Positions 59,601 to 64,000 of a stretch of DNA of 64,000 nt are shown piece by piece. The notes under the pieces were generated by a model that saw only the letters and a program-made list of their open reading frames with translations, had not been told where the DNA came from and made no database searches. How positions within the stretch are numbered: position 1 is the stretch's first letter; every line of letters begins with the position of its first letter. This DNA comes from Lama glama (lineage: Eukaryota). The position numbers were made by a program, and so were the translations under genes. Location of the stretch: assembly GCA_028534125.1 (NCBI GenBank), contig CM052821.1, forward strand, positions 55,490,001-55,554,000, written 5' to 3'.

Positions 59601-60000
59601 CCCTCCCGGGTCGCATCCCCGCCGGGCCGCAGGTGCCCGGGCTCCTGCCCTCCCCGCCGGCACCTCCCGGCTCGCTCTTTGTCATCCCGGTCGCGGGAGC
59701 GTAGGCACCCTTGGCGCCCAGGGCTTTTCTCTGCCAGCTGCTGCCGAGACCCCGGCTTCCACCTCCCCGGCCTCCCGTCCCCAGGGCCCCCGCCTGCCGG
59801 CCTCCTCGCCCCCACCCCCCCTCCCCGGTCACCCCGGCCGAGCCCGCGGGCCGGCGGCCACACTCACCCGCGCCGGGGTCGCCGGCCCCGGGCCCCGGGC
59901 TCCGCCACCAGCGCAGCAGCGCCCGCGCGGGGTCCAGGCTCACGGCGCAGCGCTGCTGCTTCACCCACAGCACCGAGCGCAGCGGCTCCGCCGCCCCCAT
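23512..60000 (-). CDS. CERK: Ceramide kinase, complete 13-exon CDS (1590 nt, 529 aa): N-terminal PH domain, DAGK-type catalytic domain, CaM-binding segment
   Basis: Joined exons read MGAAEPLRSVLWVKQQRCAVSL...SRPKHLLVFINPFGGKGQG...IVCVGGDGMFSEVLHGL...GIIPAGSTD...LGYGFYGD...CRAGCFVC...HLGDGSSDLILIRKCSRFNFLRFL...WNCDGE...LFARGIEEPGS*. All introns are GT-AG and the exon sizes sum to a multiple of 3. Confidence 0.98.
25243..25451 (-). CDS. CERK: CERK exon 12 (209 nt): FDFTFVEVYRVKRFQFVSQAAEDEDGSVRGRGKKRFGQICSDQPPCCCAAPSSSWNCDGEVLRSPAVDV
   Basis: ttggtag| acceptor, AG|gtgagc donor; DGE motif. Confidence 0.96.
25616..25767 (+). mobile_element. Vic-1-like SINE with 11-bp TSD AGAATTCTGTG
   Basis: TSD at 25605-25615 and 25768-25778; cagctcaagtgg...caatccccagtacctcc...A-rich tail. 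Confidence 0.85.
25857..25945 (+). mobile_element. Vic-1-like SINE, short form
   Basis: ggggagggtgcagctcag...gaggtcctgggttcaacccccag...ttaaaaaacaacaaaaa. Confidence 0.8.
26453..26658 (-). CDS. CERK: CERK exon 11 (206 nt): EEVEEWKVVCGQFLAINATNMSCACPRCPRGLSPSAHLGDGSSDLILIRKCSRFNFLRFLVRHTNQGDQ
   Basis: gcttcag| acceptor, CAG|gtgagg donor. Confidence 0.97.
26871..27128 (+). mobile_element. MER58B-like hAT MITE
   Basis: caaatctggcccaccacctggttttgt...gagctgagaa...tttttaaatgg...tttgtgacatatgaaaa...aaatttcag...gctgacccc. Confidence 0.7.
27337..27413 (-). CDS. CERK: CERK exon 10 (77 nt): GCFVCRQSRQQLEEEQKRSLYGLESG
   Basis: cccccag| acceptor, G|gtaagg donor; completes the CxxxCxxC motif. Confidence 0.96.
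27957..28062 (-). CDS. CERK: CERK exon 9 (106 nt): GLKTFLSHHCYEGTVSFLPAQHTVGSPRDGKPCRA
   Basis: ttcttag| acceptor, GG|gtaagc donor. Confidence 0.96.
28545..30763 (+). mobile_element. Near-full-length Tigger1 (Tc1/mariner pogo) DNA transposon with a dead transposase, in CERK intron 8
   Basis: 5' caggcagacct..., ccctgagacacaacaatattgaaa, ATG-like start ~28930, peptide remnants IFNADKTASYWKMPPRT..EKSAPGFEASRDR and STFESYSFRNTF..TFWKGLTIPDA, 3' ctggaacggaacccgaagtatctcc; stops and frameshifts throughout. Confidence 0.9.
28639..28769. other. Assembly gap (131 N)
   Basis: Run of N inside the Tigger1 5' region. Confidence 1.
31176..31328 (-). CDS. CERK: CERK exon 8 (153 nt): GDSLAMDVSSVHHDGALLRYSVSLLGYGFYGDIIRDSERKRWMGLVRYDFS
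   Basis: cccgcag| acceptor, G|gtaact donor. Confidence 0.97.
32074..32148 (-). CDS. CERK: CERK exon 7 (75 nt): GSTDCVCYSTVGTNDAETSALHIIV
   Basis: ctgtag| acceptor, G|gtacgc donor. Confidence 0.96.
35331..35476 (-). CDS. CERK: CERK exon 6 (146 nt): GIVCVGGDGMFSEVLHGLVGRTQRDAGVDQNQPRAALAPSPLRIGIIPA
   Basis: tccgcag| acceptor, G|gtgcgg donor; GGDG ATP-binding motif. Confidence 0.97.
36068..36131 (-). CDS. CERK: CERK exon 5 (64 nt): VTERANHAKESLYELSIDKYD
   Basis: ctccgtag| acceptor, GG|gtgagt donor. Confidence 0.95.
37238..37363 (-). CDS. CERK: CERK exon 4 (126 nt): TSRPKHLLVFINPFGGKGQGKRIYDRKVAPLFTLASVSTEII
   Basis: cttgcag| acceptor, G|gtgagc donor; NPxGGxG motif. Confidence 0.97.
37940..39360 (+). 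mobile_element. Cluster of decayed ancient L1 (L1M-type) 3' fragments
   Basis: gagtattactcagcagcagaaaggaacgagccactgatac; gacttggacagacacctcaca..gaggat; gaaacgcaaatcaaagccaca; boundaries approximate. Confidence 0.65.
40183..40305 (-). CDS. CERK: CERK exon 3 (123 nt): VHRVRRARRHRWRRAQVTFCCADEQLLHLWLQTLRELLAKL
   Basis: cgcgcag| acceptor, A|gtacgt donor; polybasic PH loop. Confidence 0.96.
40668..40781 (-). CDS. CERK: CERK exon 2 (114 nt): DACSVPISEIITVEETDINGKHYSSGKWQKMEKPYAFT
   Basis: tttgcag| acceptor, G|gtgatg donor. Confidence 0.96.
42591..42758 (-). mobile_element. MER20 hAT MITE
   Basis: cagggcttctc...gcagtatccctgggctc...gccagtgtctccc...gattgagaacca matches the reverse complement of recalled MER20. 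Confidence 0.65.
45488..45630 (+). mobile_element. Vic-1-like SINE, diverged
   Basis: ggggaggggacagcgcaggggtggagcgcgtgctcagcctgcacaaggtcccgggctcagtccc...aaattacctaccctcccc plus A-rich tail. Confidence 0.8.
47138..47291 (-). mobile_element. L1 3' end fragment (same type as 20247-20879, reverse orientation)
   Basis: ttgagttatagtcagtttacaatgttg...tctggtgtacagca...ttgaatatatttccctgtgctgtac is the reverse complement of the 20700-20850 type sequence. Confidence 0.8.
51300..51335 (+). repeat. Perfect 18-bp tandem duplication (GATGTGGACACTAGCACT)x2
   Basis: Seen directly. Confidence 0.9.
52160..53750 (+). mobile_element. Ancient L1 remnant: ORF1 plus ORF2 endonuclease
   Basis: Peptides EERISELEDRTKEVTQTEQ (ORF1 coiled coil), RMTADFSS, and GSIQNEAVAILDVYAPTNRAGKHIKQKLTELQGE...VVGDFNTALS (APE endonuclease GDFN motif); interrupted by stops. 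Confidence 0.85.
54207..54409 (+). mobile_element. MER58A hAT MITE with an 8-bp TSD (atttagag/ttttagag)
   Basis: ggccaaatctagcc...tgtaaataaatgtttttattga..acacggccacg...ggcccacaaagactaaaatat...aaagtgtttgc. Confidence 0.8.
55040..55500 (-). mobile_element. L2 3' fragment, decayed
   Basis: attcagtgtttactcggcacctactgtgt... and cctgcccctgagagaac; recalled L2 motifs; boundaries approximate. Confidence 0.45.
56631..56667 (+). repeat. (CA)18 microsatellite
   Basis: Seen directly. Confidence 0.97.
57950..58030 (+). mobile_element. MIR core fragment
   Basis: ccactaactgggccagtttcttaaactctgt...ttcatctgtaaaa. Confidence 0.5.
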
Positions 60001-60830
60001 CGCGCCGCCGGGTCTGCCGGGCGGGGGGGCGCCAGGAGGGCACGCGGACGCCGAGGGGCGCGGGACCGTTAGCGGCCCCTGGAGCCCGGCCGGGTCGCGG
60101 CGGCGGCGGCGGCGGTGGCGGCGGCGCGGGGCGGGCGGGGCGGGCGGGGCGCGCGGGCGGGCGGCGCTGCGTCACCCCGTACGCAGAGCGGCCGCGGGGA
60201 CCGAGGAGGGGCCGCGGGGGACCAGGCGGGGGAGGGGCAGGGGGCTGAAGGAGGAGGGGAGGGGGCGGGGCAGGGGAGGGGGTGCTGGGCCAAGGGGACG
60301 AGGGGGGATCCTGGCTTGGGAGGGGGCCGGGCGGGGACGAGGAAGGGCTGCGGTGGGAGGACCGGGCGGGGGACGAGGGGCTGGAGGAGGAGGGGAGGGG
60401 GCGGGGCACGGTAAAGGGGAGGGGGCCGGCCGGGGCCGAGGAAGGAACGTGGGGGGGTGGGACAGAAAGGGGCCGAGGAGGAGAGGGGTGGGGGGTACTG
60501 AGCAAGAGGACGGGAGGCGGGGGAGGGGAGCGAGGAGGGGGCGAGGGCGGCGGCTGGGCTGGGGTTGGGGCCTCGTCGACCGGGTGAGCTCGCCCGGCTC
60601 AGGCCCAGGAGGAGGCGGCTTCCCCTCGCGGCCAGTATAGTGTCTGGGCTGCAGTCGCCGGGGGCGTGGACCCTGGCAGGTCGTCGTGACAGGCGGAGTC
60701 CCTCCAGTGGAGCAGAAATGCTGCCTGGGCGGTCGTGTAGACGCGGCGGGAGGCGGTGGGCCCAGGGCGGACCTGGCCTTACGGCGGGCGCGAGGTGACC
60801 CCTGCTGATCCCCGCTGGGCCGGCATGGGT
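59500..60830 (-). promoter_or_regulatory. CERK CpG-island, TATA-less promoter with tandem GC boxes (~60128-60160), a (CGG)n tract (60097-60126) and a CRE-like TGACGCA (60168-60174)
   Basis: Very high CpG density around exon 1; repeated GGGGCGGG motifs; no TATA box seen. Confidence 0.85.
59868..60000 (-). CDS. CERK: CERK exon 1 coding part (133 nt): MGAAEPLRSVLWVKQQRCAVSLDPARALLRWWRSPGPGAGDPGA
   Basis: gcgATGG Kozak context, G|gtgagt donor, inside a CpG island. Confidence 0.96.
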
Positions 60831-62643
60831 GGTGTGATTTTGGGCATCAAGTCGCATCTTGGATCTCCTGTCTTCTGGGCCGTCTGGCCCTATCCTTCTC
60901 TTGGAAATAAATAAACCTGGAAGGCCCCGCGGGTACCCACGGCGTAGACCTTATTGGACCCTGCAGGGAACTGGGCACCATCTCTGCTTATCGGCCATCC
61001 TCACGACTAGGCGTTGAGGCAGACGCTGCTGCACCCCCACTTCCTAAGGGGACAGTTTTAGGCACTGGGATTTAGCAATAAGGGATGGAGCCAGCATTCA
61101 GACACTGGCAGTGTGGTCAGGGGATCCCGCTGTGTCTGCACGTGAGTCTGAGGATAGATCCCCTGAGGAGATGTATCCTGGTCACAGGAGCAGAGGCACT
61201 GCTCGGAGGCCTGCCAGGGTCCAGCCAGCCTTCACTGCCCGCTGGAGTAGGTGTCTGTCTGGGTTGGGGGCTGCAGAGAGCAGCGCAGGGTGTCCCACAG
61301 CCCCAGGTGGTCATGGTCAGCCCGCTGCAAGGGGAGGATGCTGGATGTTAGTTGCCTCAGAACCACCAGTGGGGAGGGGGCCTGCAGGCTGACAGGCAGG
61401 GAAGGCTTTCTGGAGGAGGAGTTCCTCCTCTTAGGGGCCTGGGAGAAAGCTGGACTGGCAGCTGCGTCCTCCCCTCTCCTCCTGAGCAGGCCCAAGGAGA
61501 GGGGGCTGCCGTTCTGAGCACTTTGCCGAATGGCATCACCCCAGGGCCCCCAGGTTCTTTTCCTTATGACCCTGCCCAGCTCACCCGACCCCTCTCCACA
61601 GGGGGCCTACGCTGACCACGCAGCTAAGTGGAGCACCCACCACAGCAGGGCTCCAGCCCCACTCCCAGAGCACATCCACCCCCTCAGCTCCACGAGCACG
61701 TGGACTTGTCTGTCCCCAGAGTCCCAGTACTGAAAACAGTTGGGCGCGTAGTAAGTCCCACAAGTGCATTTGGCCCAGATTATCAAGAAACTGCCGCTCA
61801 GAGATGCTGACTAGCTCGCGTGAAGGCTTGGGGCTCAGAAGTGACAGAGGTCCAGCTCTGGGGGCCCCAGCCACCTGCGCCCTCTCACCTCAGCCCACCC
61901 TCCCTAGCCTTGCTTCCTCTCCCCTCCTCCTGCACCAGCCTTCCCTGCAGACGGAGGGAGGGCAGGCCCGAGGCCTTGCTGCCTGTGTCTGGCACTGGGG
62001 AGCCACACATACAGGTTTTATCCCACCAGTTCCCTGTGATTCACTCCTCCTGGGGAGACCAGCCTCTGTTCAGGCCGGGTACAGGGAGTCAGCAGTAAGG
62101 ACAGGGTAGAAGGTGGGGTGTGAGTTCTCTAGCCCCACCTCCCTTGAGCAAGCCATACCTGATCTCCAAGCGCAGTCTGGCCAATGGCAGAAAGGCCTGC
62201 CCTGCCTCCTCCCTCCCACGGCTGCTGCTTTGAGGCTCAGAAAATGTGGACATGAAACTTCTTTGGAAATCCTGCGCCAGGGTCAGGCAGTGGCTGGTAT
62301 CACCACTGCGGCTCACGAAGAGGGATGGCAGGAAAGGGCTGATGGGCAGGGACTCAGGAATGCCAGCCACCCTGTGGGGGGCCTCTTCCTGTGGCCTCCC
62401 AGGGCTGGGCTCCCGTTCTCCTGGTTATTCACCTAGGATCCTTTACTAACACGCATCAGCTCATACAATCCTGTAGTGGGGGGAGGGCGGGGCAGAGAAG
62501 GCTCAGACACCTCCCCCCTGCCCTCAAGGAGGTCTGTTGGGGAGACCACAGCTTCAGCTACAAAACACTGGGGAGCCCTGAGGAACCCCTGCCTCTCTTT
62601 ACTCAGTAGACTGGAAGTCCATGGGCCAGGGGCTCATGGTGGC

Positions 62644-63048
62644 TGTTATGAGCCGAACTGTGACCAGCCCTCCTCAATCACATGTTGAATTCCTAATCTC
62701 CAGTAGCTTAGAAGGTGAGTGTGTTTGGAGAGAGTCTTTCTAGAGGTGATTAACATAAAACGAGGCCTTATGGGTAGACGCCAGCCCAGTGTGACGGGAA
62801 GCCTGACCAGAGGAGGAAGTTTGGATGCTCAGAGAGACCAGGGCGTCGCGCACAGAGGGTCAGACGAAGGGAGAGGCAGTAGGAGGGCGGCCATCTGCAA
62901 GCCCAGGAGAGAGGCCTCAGAGGAAGCGCACGCTTTGGGTACCTTGGTCTTGGACGTACAGCCTCTCTGAACCGGAACTGAGAAGGCAGACCTCTCTTGT
63001 TTAAGCCACCTGGCCCGTGGCAGTTTACAGCCCTGGCAAACTGCTACA
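62644..63048 (+). mobile_element. MLT1 (ERVL-MaLR) solo LTR with a 5-bp TSD GTGGC
   Basis: TG...CA termini; ggcggccatctgcaagcccaggagagaggcctcag, accttggtcttggac, tgtttaagccacc; gtggc at 62639-62643 and 63049-63053. Confidence 0.88.
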
Positions 63049-64000
63049 GTGGCCTTCCACCCCAGGGGGCTGTCATCCTGGTGTTGGCTGGGGAGGGACC
63101 TGGCCAATGCAAAGCCCCACGCTTAAACTAGGGTGGAGGGAAGGCACTGAAATCAGAAGTTCAGAGAGGGTTGGGCAGGGGGTCGGGCCCAGTGAGGGCT
63201 GGGGGCCCATGGCTCTGAGCACAGCTCTGGGGACGTGGAAGGAAAGAGGCAGCTTTGCCCCGGAGCAGCTGCTGGGCCCCTGCTGTGTGCCAGGTCCCAG
63301 TGGGGAGCTGGCTGTGAAGGCAGTCAGAGCAGCCAACGAGAACTTCCAAAGGCAGGGGTGCCTTGACCTTCTGTGTTCAGAATGCACTCTCAGCTCCCTT
63401 GCTGGTCTCTCAGGCACCTCACCTCTTCCTTTCCTGTGCTGGGCTCGGGCCAAATGCTCTTCCCACCTGTCTGCCTGGGAAGCCCCCCTCCCCCGCCTTC
63501 TTTAAGGCAGGTGGATCCCTGGGCGGTTAACTCCCTGGGGCTTCACCCGCATGGGGCCTCCCTTCAGCCTGCAGCGCTGCAGAACGACAATGCTGGGGCC
63601 CCAGCCTGTCGCTAACCTCGTGTGTGCACAGCTGGCCCGTTCCTCGCTGGGGCTTAGACGTGCCCCGGCAGCCAGCTAGGCCAGACAGCGAGGGCTCAGC
63701 TCAGCAGCCCAGAGCCCCGATCGATGGGCCAGGCCCTGCCGTGACCCCTGCCGGGTCCCGGGTCCAGTCGGCAGGCGTGGGCTGCTGCCTGGTGGCCCGA
63801 CTGCCCTGCAGCCCGAACTGGCCAGCTTGTCTAGGCCGAACAACTTGCCCAGCCTTGGCCCACGCCCCTGGGCTGCACTGGGGCTGCCCAGGTGACGTCC
63901 CACGTGGGCGGCCGGGATGCTGAGACACTGTCTAGGCGCCCAGGACTGCCACCCCACACCCATGAGCATCCCGCCCACTGATCATCCGTGCCAGGTGCCC

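Noticed and set aside
59679-60857. Several 190-310-aa Gly/Arg/Pro-rich ORFs on both strands
   Set aside because: These are translations of the CpG island and G-runs. Only 59868-60000 (-) is coding.
1-64000. CRISPR array, operon, phage or defence-type novel system
   Set aside because: The DNA is mammalian intron-exon sequence with no regularly spaced repeat-spacer array. All credible coding sequence is explained by GRAMD4, CERK and dead transposons.

Overview
This is mammalian genomic DNA, GC-rich and probably camelid, because it carries several Vic-1-like tRNA-derived SINEs. It is not prokaryotic. Two intact, convergently transcribed spliced genes fill the window. On the + strand are the last 15 coding exons of GRAMD4 (3083-16373, poly(A) signal 18347; the 5' exons lie upstream of the window). 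On the - strand is the complete 13-exon CERK (ceramide kinase) gene (ATG at 60000, stop ending 23512, 1590-nt CDS, 529 aa, poly(A) signal 21467-21472), with a CpG-island promoter at about 59.5-60.8 kb. Every exon has GT-AG boundaries and the frames are consistent. Introns and the 3-kb intergenic gap hold decayed transposons: a near-full-length Tigger1, MER58 x4, MER20, MLT1, a MER34-like solo LTR split by an L1, other L1/L2/MIR fragments and SINEs. There is one 131-N assembly gap. Almost all long ORFs in the supplied track are GC-rich artefacts. I found no new multi-gene system. The best leads are a candidate in-frame 18-nt GRAMD4 microexon (12811-12828), an in-frame upstream acceptor adding 28 aa (13181), a shortened CERK N-terminus, and signs of GC-biased sequence drift. 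Gene and repeat identities come from recalled sequences, not from database searches.
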